A stretch of DNA of 64,000 bases from Glaucostegus cemiculus (taxonomy: Eukaryota). Shown here in pieces: positions 1-14,132 of the stretch. Each line of letters begins with the position of its first letter. The stretch's first letter is position 1. Made by a program: the position numbers and the translations under genes. The stretch covers positions 1,612,001 to 1,676,000 of the forward strand of contig CDPCPM010000125.1 of the NCBI GenBank assembly GCA_976551045.1, read 5' to 3'. The notes beneath the pieces are model-generated. The model saw nothing but the letters and a program-made list of their open reading frames with translations. It had not been told where the DNA came from and made no database searches.

Positions 1-1251
1 TCTTTATCAAATGAGATGCGTTCCATTTTCTCCATCTATACTGATGCAGCATGGTCTGTTTTTATTAACAGTGTGAACGGTTTCCCCCCATGCAGTAAAT
101 CTGTGATTTTACCTTGATTTTCGATCATTCCTTCAGACTAAGCATTTTTTTATGAAGAAATACGGATGCGCACATTAATTTCGAATAAAGCCAGCTTTAA
201 TATTCTTAAATGGACTGTAAACAACTACTTGAAATTAAATCAGTGTCGGGGCTGGGAATGACAAGCAAGGAAGATATATAGTGAGGATTCAGACAAAATA
301 GCTTCTCGGGGTTTTTTTATCCGAATTAACTCTCCTATCTGAATCAAGGTGTTGAAAAGGTTGAGAGAAGGCTTCGTTTCATTTGGGGAATTCCTGAACC
401 TTCTTCGAAAGCATCGTATCAGTAAAATTAGGGGAGGAGTCCAGTAAACAGCAAAATGACTGATACCATGATACTTAATCGGCTTCAATCCTTTGAGCCT
501 GGAGATAGGAATCACAAACTCAGAAACGTGTTACTTTTTGCCACTGATGCTAAAAGGAAGGCAAAGAAACCCGAAGACAAAGCACACTTTCTTTTTCGAT
601 CTTCGTCTGCGTAGTAATCCCACGATTTTCCACTGATTTAAATCTGTTCCTGGTGTAGGGTAACTAGATCTCGCCAATATCGCTTTGTCACCTATTGACT
701 CTGGTCAAAGTGGAACACGAATATTCCACTTTAAATTTCCACCTGGTTTGTAACTAGTGGCTTAGAATGATGCGATAGAAGTGCAAATTATGATTACAAA
801 CAAGAAGGAATCTGAAGCAGCAGCAGCATATGAATCAACATTTCAAAATAGATTTGAGGCCCTGGATGACATGGTTATCCGGTAATGACATAGTTTCCGA
901 TGAGTAAAGTGCACTGATTTCCCTAGCATGCATTTCTCATAATCTGATGAAGATAATATCCAGCATGTTTATCTTCGGCGGTGAATACATATAACGGCTG
1001 GAACAAGGAACAATGTTTCAGCAAAGGAAGATCTGCTTCATTAAAATGAGAGGCAGCATATCTGCAAAGTAATGCACATGACCGTTTAATCACAATTCAT
1101 GTTTGGGGGTTTCTCGGATCTTTCCGGTTTATCGATCTCTGTGCCCACGTGGTTGAAGCAATATTTGGCGAAAGGTTTTGCATTGAAAGATAGGTAAAAA
1201 GTATAAATAAGCAACCGGCGAAATCGAAAAACCCTATCTCTCTTGTTGCAG

Positions 1252-1278
1252 AAAATGACTTGGAGAGGAAAGAGACAG
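1252..1278 (+). CDS. Coiled-coil micro-exon, 27 nt: (E)NDLERKET
   Basis: ctctcttgttgcag|AAAATGACTTGGAGAGGAAAGAGACAG|gtaact; first residue depends on the upstream exon. Confidence 0.8.
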
Positions 1279-1779
1279 GTAACTGAGTCAATATCATTCT
1301 CTGTTGTCCCGTCAAAACATGAACTGTTGCGATTGGAAATGACGCGGTCCAGCCTTCATAAGAGGCACATAAGTGTACTGACCACAGGAGCCGATAGGAG
1401 ACTGTATATCGTCAGCTTCCTCTCAGTCTTCCCGATGTCTGCAAGGCAAAGGTCGCGACCATGATACAGTCCACATTGAATGCTTTTCAGCTTAAGTGAC
1501 AAAAGAGAAGGTCCGCCATTCACAACTAAACGACCCACGCAATTGATACTGTGTTCTTAAGCATGACCACTCATTACCTGCCACATCGGATCACCGTGGA
1601 TTCAGTATATACCATTTGGAAAATGCATCACATTTATTTGTCACCACTACAGCCTGTCACAAATCCTAATTATCTGTCACATAGCATTCTGACAGAGAGA
1701 TATATCAGTACTTACTTCTTGTTCCTGTTAGAATAAAAGGCAAGGTTAACAGATTTCTCGAACCTTGGTTATCGAGGGA

Positions 1780-3770
1780 GATTGAGACACTGATAAAGAA
1801 AACGAAAGTGGCGCACATAAGGTATAGGCAAGTTAGGATCAAATGGGGTGCTTGAGCAGTTTAAGAAATGAAAAGTAACACTTAAGAAAGAAATCAGGAG
1901 GGCAAAATCAGGTCATGACCTTGCTCTGGCAGACAGGGTGAATGAGAATCTCAAGGGTTTCTAAAACTAAATTAAGGTCAAAAGGATTGCGAGGGACAAA
2001 ACTGGCTCTCTTGAAGATCAACGTCGTCTTCTATACATGGAGCAGAGAGAAATGGGAGAGATCTTAAATGAATGTTTTGCATCCGCATTTACTCTGGAGA
2101 CGGACTTAGAGACTATAAAACTGAAGCAAAAGAATAGTGAGATCATGGATCTATCTGGATTAAGGAGGAGGAGGTGCTGGTTGCCTTGAGGCGAATTAAG
2201 GGAGATAACTCCCCGGGGCTTGACAAGGCGTCTCCTCGGACCTTGTGGGAGACGAGTGCAGAAATTGCAGGGGCACTGGCAGAGATATTTATAACGGCCT
2301 TAGCCACGGGTGAGATGCAAAAGACGAGATTAACTGATGTTGCTCCGTTGTTCAAGAAAGGTTCTAATAATAAGACGGGAAATTATAGGCCGGTGAACCT
2401 GACGTCAGTCCTGGGTAAATTATTGGAAGGTATTCTAAGGGACAGGATAAGATCCAAGTACTTATTTGGATAGACAGGGCCTGATAAGGAATAGTCAACA
2501 TGGCAGTGGTAAGTCATTTGCAACCCATCTTATGGAGATTTTATGACAAGGTCACCATGAAGGTCAATGAGGGAAAGGCAGAAGAAATTGTTTGCATGCA
2601 CTTTAGCAAGGCCTTCGACAAAGTCCCACATGGGAGGCTGGTCCAGAAGGTTAAGTCGCTTGGCACTCAAGATGAAGTAATCATTTGGATTCAACATTGG
2701 TTTAGCGGGAGAAACCAGAGAGTAGGAGTAGATGGTTGTCTCTCTGACTGGAGGCCTGTGTATAGTGGTGTGCCTTAGGGATTGGTGCTGGGTCCGTTAT
2801 TGTTTATCATCTATATTAATGATATAGATAAAAACGTGGCAAACTGGATCAGCAAAAGTGCGGATGACACCAAGATCGGGGGTGTAGTGAACAGCGAGGG
2901 AGGTTATCAAAGCTTGCAGCGTGATCTTGACCAGCTAATTAAATGGGCTGAGCAATTTCAGATGGAATGTAATTCAGACACTTATGAGATTTGCTCGTTA
3001 GGAGCACAAACCTGTGTAAGACTTACACAAAGAATAGTCTGAGGTGTGCGATAGAACAAAGGGACCTAGAAATACAGATCCATATTCCTTGGAAGTGGCA
3101 TCACAGGCAGATAGGGACGTAAGGAGAGCGCTTGGCAGTTTGACCTTCATAAATCAGGACATCGAGTACAGAAGTCGGGATGCTATGTTGAAGTTGTACA
3201 AGACGTTGGTGAAGCCATAATTAGAGTATTGTGTGCAGTTCTGGTCACCTACCTATAGGAAAGGTATCAATAAGCTTGAAAGAGTGCAGAGAAAACTACA
3301 AGGATGTTGCCGGGGCTTGAGGACCTGAGTTATAGGGAAAGGTTGAATAGGTAAAACATTTATTCCCTGGAGCGCAGGAGAATGAGGAGAGGCCTTACAG
3401 AGGTATACAAAATTATGAGGGGTATAGAAAGGGTGAATGCATGCAAGCTTATTCCTATAAGGTTGGGTGCGATGGGAACTAGAGAACATAGGTATAGAGT
3501 GAAAGGTGAAATATTTAAGGGGAATCTGAGGGGAAGCGTCTTTACTCAGAGAGTGGTGCGAGTGTGGAATGAGCTGCCAGCAGAAGTGGTAGATGCGGGT
3601 TCAGTTGTAACATTTAAGAGAAGTTTGAGTAGGTCCATGGATGGGAGGGGTTTGGGGAGATATGCTCCCGGTGCAGGTAGATTGAACTGGGCAGAAGATC
3701 AGGCGGCATGGACTATATGGACCGAAGGGCCTGTTTCTGTGCTATGATACTCTATGACTCTTTGACTCCT
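1780..3770 (+). mobile_element. CR1-family LINE, 5'-truncated, disrupted RT ORF2 to 3' end
   Basis: ORF pieces GNYRPVNLTSVLGKLLE, FSKAFDKVPH, LGPLLFIIYIND, SADDTKIGG, FTQRVVRVWNELP; short-repeat tail (ctctatgactct). Confidence 0.95.
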
Positions 3771-4262
3771 CTTTATGCCTAACCTTTACTGCTTCATACT
3801 AAACAGCACTTCGTAAGTATCTTCAGGAAAAGGGTTCCAGCTTTTCAAGAAGATAACATTACTGCCTCCAACAGACTACCACGGATAACAAGGACAGCTG
3901 GCCTTTCCAGTGAATGCGTCATCCTGCAAATCCCTAAACAAAGAATAGTAAAATAGAAAAAAATAGTAAAAGCATAATATACCCATAGAACTTCCAAGCT
4001 GACGGGAAAGGAACGTCTTTCACTCAGGCAGCTTTTTACTTATAGGAACAGGTGAGTTTGAAAATAATGGCAGAACAATTTAACCTGGAGCCAATACCAA
4101 TGTAGAAGTGTAGTGAACATCTGTCATCGTTAACTGCAATGAGATGGAATATGCGGAGAAATGAACAACTATAACCTTCTCTGATGTGATTTTTAAGGGG
4201 AAAGCTCTGTGGGCAAAGATATTCCAATCACAACAAAAATTGCTGCTGTTATATTTGTTTAG

Positions 4263-4298
4263 AACTTGTAAAACTGAAGAAATCGTTGCTGCTTGCAG
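4263..4298 (+). CDS. Micro-exon, 36 nt: ELVKLKKSLLLA
   Basis: atatttgtttag|AACTTG...CTTGCAG|gtaagg. Confidence 0.8.
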
Positions 4299-6469
4299 GT
4301 AAGGCATGAAAAGTTGGTATTTTCTTCACTATTAGATGACAGGAACAATGAAGATAGACTGAAATTGAGATATAAGGCTCATCACATACAATGCACGTAC
4401 TGACATCTCATCTAACATTCCTTCACATTAGGTAAGACACCAGATGGCTGATACGCCCAATGTGAATGAAAACTCAAGATAATCAGGTGTTGTTCTTGAA
4501 TCACTCCAAGAATTGAGTATTAACAGTAATGAATGTCTCCCCAGGGAATTATTTAGGGACGGTAGGACAGTAGGGTATCTCCTTAAAACTACATCTCATA
4601 TATACGCGAGAGATTCACTTGTACTATTTGAAGAGATGGAGAAACATCTTTGTTGTTATGGCCTTCATGACACATTAATGAAACACATTCTGAGATCATC
4701 ATGTTGTCGAAACTTATGGGCAAGCTATTGCTATGAACCCCATGACACGCGGCAGAAGGTCGTATTTATCTGCAACGCGTTTGCATTTATTTTTCATATG
4801 CACCTTCTGACAATTAAGATGAAGTAAATTAGGTTGTATTCGATTAACATACTATTACTGTTTCAGTAGAACAGATTCCTAGACTGTCGAAGTGAAAAAC
4901 ATGCATGTAACGGCGCGTCCCCAGAAAAAGTACTTCCATGCCATTTCGTATAACATGCAAAATAATTTAGTTATTACCTGATCGAAACCCTGACTGGAAG
5001 GCGAGAAATTGACCACTGCGCCTCTTTTCATATCACTTGATTCTTCAACAAATGTTCTGTGCTTCTGCAGAAGGCAGATTTTATTGCTCAGATGTTGAAG
5101 AGTTGTTTATAATACACAATTATAGTGAAAAATACGTCGATTTCACTGAGTTCATAAGCTGTGAGCCATTCGACAGGGGTGTGGAGAGGGTTCCGAACGA
5201 AAACGAGAAACACGCGAGCGAGAAACTAACGATTTGTATCTGCCTCGTTCATTTAACCTCCAGACCATTTGTTCGCTTCCCTTAAAGGTATAATGTGCCC
5301 CCGTTCAAACGTATACGAGGAACCTATTGAATAATCAGTGTGGTTTACCAGTTCTGCTCCCTGTCAGTTTAAATCTACAACAAAACTTGATTTTTTTAAA
5401 ACAAAACTGCTTTTCTTTCCATTCTCATGTGCAGATACGTCGTTTCTAGAATAAAAACGGCAATTTCAAAGTAGTTGGTTTTCCCAAAATAGAGCATGGT
5501 AACGTCGTAAATTGCCTTAATAATCACAGGAAAAGACGAAAATTATAATAATACAATAATTATTATGATGGCAAGAGGAACGAAAGTCCGTAGTTATTAT
5601 ATTTAAAGCTACTTTAGTGTATTTTCATGTATTTAACGTCATAAAACAAGGACTTTCCGTCCTTCTAACCTTTGCCAGCTCTCAGAACATTCGTATCAGT
5701 CCTATTCCTTCAACTGTCTCCCTGACATGTCTATTAACTCCTCCCTGATCTTCTCACCGTCCGTAAATACAAGGTACAAAGTTCATTGACTAATGAACAT
5801 ATGAGCACGTCTTTAGGCTGTGAGAAGAAACCGAAGCATGCGAGAAAAACACACGCGGTCAATGTAAGGACATGATACATTTGTTTCCTTGTTACTATTC
5901 GTCTGCTCATATAACTGTTCTGTGATTTTAGACATTAATAAGAAGTGCAGTGTAGACGGTAGGTACATCTCCGCGCATAGTTTACGAACCCCTTTTAGCT
6001 TTACATTTAAAACGTCAAGAAAACTGCCTTTCATATTTCTATAGAGCTTTCTATCTTTAGTTAATGAAATGCATCTTCGCGAAGCTGCTTACCTGACGAC
6101 CGAGGAGCTGTTGCCCCCATGTTGCCTCTTATCAAACATTCCCTTTGTGGTTTTTTTTTACAAGATCAAAACATAAGAGTGATCAATTGTTATTTCCATA
6201 TTCTTACTCCTCAGATCCAGATGATACTCCAAGAGTTAGCGGATTTCATCCAGAAGCACTTTTTCTTTTCATTATTTCTCCAACAACATAGATGGAAGCC
6301 GTTCGTTCCATCAGTCTATGCCGCCGCTCAGAGCACTCATCCGTCCACATTCCACACTTATTTCACTGTAACCTATTCTCTCTCACATGCAATTCACTCC
6401 ACCCCCGCCGCCCCCCAGTTCTTCGACCATCTAACGTCAGTGAAGCAATTTACAGTAGTCTATTTACAC

Positions 6470-6585
6470 AGCAACAAACAGTATTTGGGACGTGGGAGGA
6501 AACACAGGGATCAAAGGAACCTCACGCAATCACAGAGAAACTTCACACACACAACTGCCGAGGTCATGATAGAATCTGGACATGA
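6470..6585 (-). mobile_element. Degenerate V-SINE (HE1-like) fragment
   Basis: gtgggaggaaac...aggaacctcacgca...gagaaacttcacaca resembles the reverse complement of the V-SINE core. Confidence 0.5.
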
Positions 6586-7170
6586 TCTTATCCGCAATAA
6601 ACACGGCCAAACATTTGAAGTATTTGACATTTCAGCTAAGTGAACAATACTGCCGTCCTTAAAAATGAATACAGTACTAATGATCAGTGTGGAAGCAGGC
6701 GTTATCCCCACAGGCCTTCGACATTTCTGTCATTCACTGACCACCTGGCAACGTTTATCCTACTGCGCTTCTGCGGATGCTCGGAAGTTCACTACATTTA
6801 AGGATGTTCAAAGCATGGATACATTTCTCGACTATGTGCTAGGAAATGTTACGAAGCTAAACGATTGGCCTAGACCTTAATAAATGCTGGAGTAGGCTCG
6901 GAAACCCGACAGGCCCATGCCTACGATTCCTGGTAAGCTTCGTTCTAAGATGGGATCCTAGGGATATCAAAAACATTTAGGTTGTAAAATACTTTTTCCA
7001 CAGCACTCTGAGAATGGCAAACCACATCCGCTCTCATGTAGTATGAGAACATATATATCCTATGTTTAATACGTTTTAAAGTATTTCATGTTATCGGCAA
7101 GCATTCTGGTTATTATGATCAATAGTGAAAAACAGTATTTCTTCAGTTGTCGCTTGGTTTCACGTTGCAG

Positions 7171-7197
7171 AAGAAGAAGTGCGTGAAAAGGATGCAG
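7171..7197 (+). CDS. Micro-exon, 27 nt: EEEVREKDA
   Basis: tttcacgttgcag|AAGAAGAAGTGCGTGAAAAGGATGCAG|gtattg; similar to exon 25250-25276. Confidence 0.8.
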
Positions 7198-9290
7198 GTA
7201 TTGTATCGTGTGAAAAGAAAGCTACAAAGTTCCAATCCACGGCATGCAAAATAAATTTCGGATGGGACAACACTGGGCCACAGCAAAGACGATCAATGCT
7301 CGTCGCTTCTCATCGGTTCCCAGTTGTTTAAGTTAATGACATTTTAATTACACGTTAGTGAGCCTGTCAATTTGCAGTCCCAATCAAAGGTTCATGTCCA
7401 GTTGCAAATTCTGTCAATTCGATAATAGTATTAACTGATTCTTGCCAACCCTATGCTAGAAATATATGCAAATAATATTCACACAAATTGCCTCACTCAG
7501 CTTTTAAGGACCTTCACAAAGAGGATGATACGAAGAAAGTTAAAAAAAATGTATTATCAGTATGCTCTTATCTGTGACTCCTGCCTTTTAAAATAGCATT
7601 ACTGTTTCCGTTTATCGTCACCCTTCAGAAGTATGAGTCTTAAATTTCAATAAAAAGATAAAATCTCGGAAATACAACAGGTCAGGTAACAACTTTGGAG
7701 AGAGAGAGAAATTGCAGTTCTTAGGTCAATGGCATTTCATGAGATCCGGGCAGATTTCGAAAATAGGTATGTTTGAGTTTCGAGGTAGTGAGAGGGGTGG
7801 CGAGAACAAGCGAAATATCAATTACAGGGTGGCGAAAAGGAACAAGTGGATGACAAGATTGGTGTCAACTCATAGAGCGTGATGGAGTCTTGGGAATGGC
7901 AGGTAATACATCTGGAGGAGGTGTAAGTAAAGAGAGGTCACTGAGAATAGAGGAAAGGGACAAAAGAACAAACAATGTTGCAATTGCGAAATGCTGAAGA
8001 AAGCATCTACTGGAAATCTAAACTAAAGGAGAGGCTGGGAAACGTCAGCAAGTCAGGCAACATCTATGGAGAAACTGAGTTAATGTCAGTTACGTCAAAT
8101 TTGACTCAAGAACGGAAAAGCAAAAAAAATGCAGATGCTAGAAATCTGACAGTAAAAACGAAAAACGCTGGAAACATCACCATACCAGACAGCATCCAAA
8201 CTGGGAGATGTGGAGCCAAACGCTTATATCGTTAACCCCCGTCCCCATCAGGAAATACCACTAGGCTGAAGCAACAGCCATACCATCTTTGCCACAGATA
8301 CCACCCGACAACCCACCACCCCACCCCAAGGACCTCTAGCGTTCTCTGATCATGTATGACCCTTCGCTGGGCCTTAAATTGTATAATCCAATAATCATAC
8401 CCATTACAATCTTGGTAATCCAAATTACCCTTTTAATTTCTGCCACTTTCATACTGTTTCCTGGTACAAGAACATGAACTGTCCATTATAGGGATTTGAT
8501 ATCCTAGCATTACGACAACAAAGAAGCTTTGATGGGGAAATGTTTCTGATATTCAGCATTGTAAAAGGTTGCACTTATCGCTTTTGGTTACATTTTCCAA
8601 AGCATCATGGATACAGTCCCAGGCACACCGCGCCTGATGGTGGCATCGTTGAAGTTGATGGATATGATGGAGGGTGATTGGTTGAAATGAGATGGAGGGT
8701 GATTGGAGACTGCTGAGTTGGATGTTGAGGACAAGAAGTCCCATATTCTTCTTCTTGTTAAGAGCAAAGATAAAACCAGAAGATTGGGAAATGATGGGCG
8801 CATGGAGGAGGAGCCACCGTTAAGGGGGAAAAGGAAGGAATCTTAGAAGCAGATATGATGGAACCGGAGCAACTGGGAAAATTGAATCACGTCATCACGG
8901 AAAGCAATGTGGAAGGAGACATATTCAAAATAAAAATGGGATCTGTGACCAGTCAATCGATTTTGTTCACGATCCTGTCCACTCAGATGGGGATACAGCA
9001 GTCAAGGAAGGCAACAGGGGAGTTAATGATACTCCTTGTGTAAGTAAGAAAAAGGTGAAGCTAGGCAATAAAATCCAGAAGAAGTGCATCTAGAATAATC
9101 TTCCATCGCGATTTTGATTGCCTATCCCCAGAATAAAACTGGTAGCATTTGTTGGATGAAGAACAAAGACGGGTAATTGAAATAGAACTAAACTGTACAG
9201 TTTAATTAGACACGAAAGAAATTTAAGAGCCCAAATGATCTTGTTCTGTTTCTAACGTATGCCTAAAGACCTTTCTTCTTTCAATTTCAG

Positions 9291-9326
9291 AAATCACAGC
9301 ATTAAAAAGAAAGCTGCTAGAAACAG
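9291..9326 (+). CDS. Micro-exon, 36 nt: EITALKRKLLET
   Basis: ctttcttctttcaatttcag|AAATCAC...GAAACAG|gtcggg; strong acceptor, weaker donor, fits consensus. Confidence 0.8.
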
Positions 9327-9649
9327 GTCGGGAGAAAGAAATACTAATATTTTCAACCATCAAAGTATATGTACAAGTGTAGTCAGTCATATTTTACAAA
9401 TGCATTGTTTGCTGTTCTTCTCAAGTGATCGCACTCACCAGCATTCGGTCATTCAGATGAAGTGAGTTGGATCGCGTTGTTGAGCAGAGGGAGATTCTCT
9501 TGAGAAGCAACCGATAGAAGGAGAAACCCGGCGAATTTCACCGTAGTGCCACTTCCGTACTTTATCCATAACAGCTCCTTGCCTTTTTGAAATGATGGAC
9601 AAACTGGAACCTGCAGCGTACAGTCTGCGATCTGGTAATTGGCGGAGAA

Positions 9650-10075
9650 GTGTCGGCTAACTTTCCCCTCCCGCACTATCTCGATCTGCATATCACCCAC
9701 ACATTCCTCCCTCTAGTTCCCCTGATCATCCCTTTATTTCATGGTCCACTCTCCTCGCTTAGCAGATTCCATTTTCTACAGTCCTTCGTCATTTCCACCT
9801 GTCATCTCCCAAATTCTTATATCAATCCGACTCCGCACTCTACCAGCTGCCTATCTTCTCCCTTTCTCACCTGTATCCACCTATTATCCGTCAGCTCTCG
9901 CTCCACCCCCACCCGTTTATATTGGCTTCTCTCCTATTTCTTTTCGATCCTTAGGCAGGGTCTCGACCAGAAACGTCAACTCTCCATTTCCCATCATAAA
10001 TGCTGCCTGACAGACTGCATTTTGTGTGTTACTCCAGACTACCAATATCTGCAGTCTTTCTTGTGTCTCTACTGA
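9650..10075 (+). mobile_element. Penelope-like 3'/pseudo-LTR fragment
   Basis: Pyrimidine-rich tract followed by agggtctcgaccagaaacgtc...tgctgcctgac...gcattttgtgtgtt; the motif recurs several times in the window. Confidence 0.55.
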
Positions 10076-10689
10076 AGGCTAACTGCAGTTTAGGTGCAAG
10101 TGCGCATCACGCTTCTGCACCTGTATCAGAAATCGTGGACAAAATGGTGGACAGTTGCATGAATATCTGATTTTCTGCACTACCATTTAATTCATTATTG
10201 AGCTCAATTTTATTTTCTCGCGCGTTGCTGAGTGCCCGGTTCAATTTTAATGTTGCTTCTCGATTCTACAAGAAAATGAGTCACTAACATTCATTTAAAT
10301 TAAAGGTTTCGTTGGCAATTTTAAGTTTGGCTTATTTCAATATCTACCCGAAATTTCGCGTTGTGTTGAATGAAATAATAATTGTGAATAATCTTAATGA
10401 AAGTAAAACAATTTAATGCTTGCAATTATTTCCCATTGTTTAATTGTCTCTGAAAATCAATGACGTGGAAAGAATTATAAAGCACTTCTGACACCACAAG
10501 CTTCCCGAACGGCATCAGGGTTGTCCACAGAGGCATCACTCACAGCCCGCTGCGCCTTGGTGAGGAGGCCGCAACGAAACTATAGCGCCCCGTTGATCAG
10601 GTCAATCCAGCTTCCCATCATTCAGATTTACATTAGCTTCGGCTCCCACACCAGAACTAGCACAAGTATAATAACACAGAGGAAAAGTT

Positions 10690-12495
10690 TTCATAATTAT
10701 ATTAATTGAAAATGTGTGGCTAACGTGAACGTTGGTCCCTTGGAAGATGAGAAAGGGGAATTGGCATTGAGTAAGGTGGAAATGGCAGAAACCTTGAGTG
10801 ACTATTTTGTGTCGGTGCTCAAAATTAAGGACATGTCTAACATGCCAAAGGAGAGCTGTTATGTATGTGATGGGAGTTCGGGACCTCGATACAATGGCTG
10901 CCACTAAAGATGTAATAACGAACAACTAGTGGGCCTAAAGGTAGACAAATCTCCTGGTCCCGATGGGATGCATCCTTGCGTACTGGAAGAAATGGCAGAA
11001 TTTGTAGTGGAGGCGTTTGTGATAATTTACCAAAATTCTCTGGACGCTGGGCAGGTCCCGGCGATTGAAAGACAGTGAACGTCACTCCACTGTTTATCAA
11101 AAAGAATGTAGGCAAAAGGCACGTAACCGAAGGCCAGTTAGATTGTCGTCTGTCGTCGGGAAAATGCTTGAAACTATCATTAAGAAAGAAATAACGAGAC
11201 ATCTGGATTGAAGTGGTTCCACCAGGCAGACACAACATGGGTCCAGAAGGGCAGGTCCTGTTTGACAAATTTTCTAGAGTCCTTTGAGGATATAATGAAT
11301 GCACTGGATAGAGGGGACCAGGTGGATGTTGCATACTTGGATTTTCAGAAGGCATTTGATAAGGTGCCGCATAAAAGACATCCATAAGTTAAGGATGAAT
11401 GGTGTTGGGGATAACGTATTAGCATGGATATAGAACTGGTTAACCAAAAGAAGGCAGAGCATTGAGATACCTGCGTTTTTCTCTGGTTGACAAGCAGTGG
11501 TGAGCGGGATGTCACAGGGGTCAGTGCTAGGCCCGCAACTGTTTACGATATAGATCAATGATTTGGAAGAGAGGACGGAGTATAGCATATCTAAGTTTGC
11601 TGATGACATCAAAGTGAGTGGAAAAGCAAATTGAGCAAAGGATGTGGAGAGTCTGCAGAAGGATATAGATAGTTTAAGTGAGTGAGCAAGGGTCTGGCAC
11701 ATGGGACTACGGTGTTGGTAAATACGAGATCATCTACTTTTGAAAGAAAAATAGAATATCTGATTATTTAAATAGTGAAAGATGGCAGAATACTGTTGTG
11801 CAGAGGGACCTGGGAGTGCTTGTGCATGAATTGCAAAAGTTTGGTTTTCAGGTGCAAGAGGTTATCAAGAAATCAAATGGAATGTTGGCCATCATTGCTG
11901 GAGGGATTGACTTTAAAATCAGGGAGTTTATGCTGCAACTGTACTGGTGAAGCCGCACCTGGAGTATTGCGTGCATTTCTGGTATTACTTGAGGAACGAT
12001 GGACTGGCTTTAGAGACGGTGCAGGGGAGGTTTAACAGGTTCATTCTGGAGAGGAGACTGAAGAGAGATTGAGTCGCTGAAACTATACTCTCTGGGATTC
12101 GGGAGAATGACGGGATCTTACAGAAACATATAAATTATGAAAGGGACAGATAATGGAGAGGAACGAAAGTTGGTTTCACTAGTAGCTGAAACTAGAACCA
12201 GGGGGGCCTAGCCTCAAGATTTGAGGTAATAGATTCAGGACAGAGATGAGGAAAAACTTTTTTCCCAGGGAGTTGTGAATCTGTGGAATTCTCTGCCCAG
12301 GGAAGCGGTAGAGGCTACCTCGTTAAATATATATTAAGACAGACTTCGATTTTTGCATTGTAGCGCAATTTAGGGTTATGAGGGAAAAGGCAAGTATGTG
12401 GATCTGAGTCCACCCCCAGATCGGCCATGATCTTATTGAATGGCCCAGCAAGTTCAACGGGCTAATGGCCTACTCCAGCTCCTGTTTCTTATGTC
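10690..12495 (+). mobile_element. CR1-family LINE, truncated, disrupted RT
   Basis: Conceptual DKSPGPDGMHP, YLDFQKAFDKVPH, SQGSVLGPQLF, SKFADD; CR1-type 3' end (cctactccagctcctgtttcttatgt). Confidence 0.93.
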
Positions 12496-12799
12496 CGGGT
12501 TAGACCGGAGATTTCCGTGGTATTATTGACGGAGAAGATGTCAGCAATTATGCCCATGAAACTACAAACGCCACAGGGTCCATCGACAGTTCCAGGTGAG
12601 AGGAAATTGAGGGTTTTGATTCACTTTCCACATGGAAAGTTGCGATGTTATTCGCTTTGGTGCATAACAAAACAGAATTGCTATTTGTTTTCCAAATTTT
12701 GAGTGATTAGGAGATATTGATGTTGAATTGGAGCTGGTTGTTTTTCTACAAAATAGCTGTAAGTGAATCTAAAGTTCAACGTGCATGAACTCCAATTAT

Positions 12800-13745
12800 G
12801 TTGGAATCACAGGGTTATATACCACATAACCAGGCCTTTCAGCTGAACTCATTGAGGCGAACGAAGGTACCTTCATGGTCGTCCAATATGCCTGCATTTT
12901 TCCTCGTATCCTTTCGAACATTTCCTATCCATGAACCTGTCCAAATGTCTTAAATTGTACCCACCTCAACCACTTCCCCTGTCATCTCGTTCCATATGCC
13001 CACCATCCACTATGTGAAAAATTGCCTCTCAGATCTTTAAATTCTTCATCTTAAATCTATGCCCTCCAGTTTTACACGGCCCTGGAAGAAAAGACTGACC
13101 GTTCACCTTGTATGTGCCATTTTTGATGTTATTCATCTCTAAGGTCACCCCTAAACATATTTTACTGCAGGGAAAACAGGCCCAAATTATCCTGTCTATC
13201 CTCATAGCTCAAGTTCTCCAGTCCCGGCGACATCTTTGTGAATCTTTTCTTCACCCTCTCTAGATTAATCACATTCTTCCTATAGTATGATGACCAGAAC
13301 TGCATATCATATTCCATGTAAAGTCTCACCAAGGCCCTGAACAGTTATAGCTTGACGTCCCAACTCTTGTACTCAATGTATCATCTGATTAACATGCGCC
13401 TTGTTCACCACCTTCTCTACCTGTGTATCCACAGTCAGAGAACGATGTACTGGTACCCCGAGGTTGCTCTGTTCTACAACAGTCCTTAGGCCCTGTCATT
13501 CACTGTGCGACTCCAGCCCCGGTTTAACTTCCAAAGTTCATCATTTCTTGCTTGTCTGAGTTAAGTTCCATCTGCAATTCCTTTGCCCGCTTATCCATTT
13601 GATCTTGATCCTGTTGTAACCTCAGACGGCGTTCTTCACTTTCTAGCACGCCAACAATTTTGTTGTGCGCTAACTTACTACTCATGCCACCTATGTTCTC
13701 ATCCGAATCGTTAATGTATGTGGCAAACAACGTGGGACCCAGCAC
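12800..13745 (-). mobile_element. CR1 LINE 3' fragment
   Basis: Minus ORF LGPTLFATYINDSDENIGGMSSKLAHNKIVGV...LQQDQDQM, followed by CR1 3' region. Confidence 0.88.
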
Positions 13746-14108
13746 CAGCAGCAAATCGAGAAATTTGGACAGTGTGAAAATGATTTCTACACCAGGTCTC
13801 CCTCCCTTCACTCCATTTTCTCCCTTTTACACCTTTTAAAGACAGAAGTGATGTCCTGACATGAAGTGCATACGATGCAGAAGTTTGCAACATACTGTAT
13901 GTCGAGATTGCGTACACCACGTCATGTGCAAACACTGAGCATGTTGCAAACTGACAAAAGTTTCCCGGCAACGTTTATATCTACTGTCCCTCTTTTTAAA
14001 AATTGCGTTGAAAATAATTGGATAAATATTCCAACAATTTTATTAAATATTCCGCAATTGTTGCAACCGGAAGTTAATCTCAAACACTGTTACTTTCTGC
14101 ATGAACAG

Positions 14109-14132
14109 AAGAAAAAATGCGTCAGAAAGAAG
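14109..14132 (+). CDS. Micro-exon, 24 nt: EEKMRQKE
   Basis: tttctgcatgaacag|AAGAAAAAATGCGTCAGAAAGAAG|gtaaat. Confidence 0.7.

Noticed and set aside
5071-5160. 90-nt AG/GT-bounded open segment (EGRFYCSDVEELF...)
   Set aside because: It ends in T, so joining the next exon (starts AA) gives TAA. Length and composition do not fit the array.
9426-9461. 36-nt segment with acceptor and gtgagt donor
   Set aside because: In-frame TGA in phase 1 and no resemblance to the consensus.
12711-12758. 48-nt in-frame segment ending at gtaagt
   Set aside because: Poor acceptor, atypical length, and the terminal T would form TAA with the next exon.
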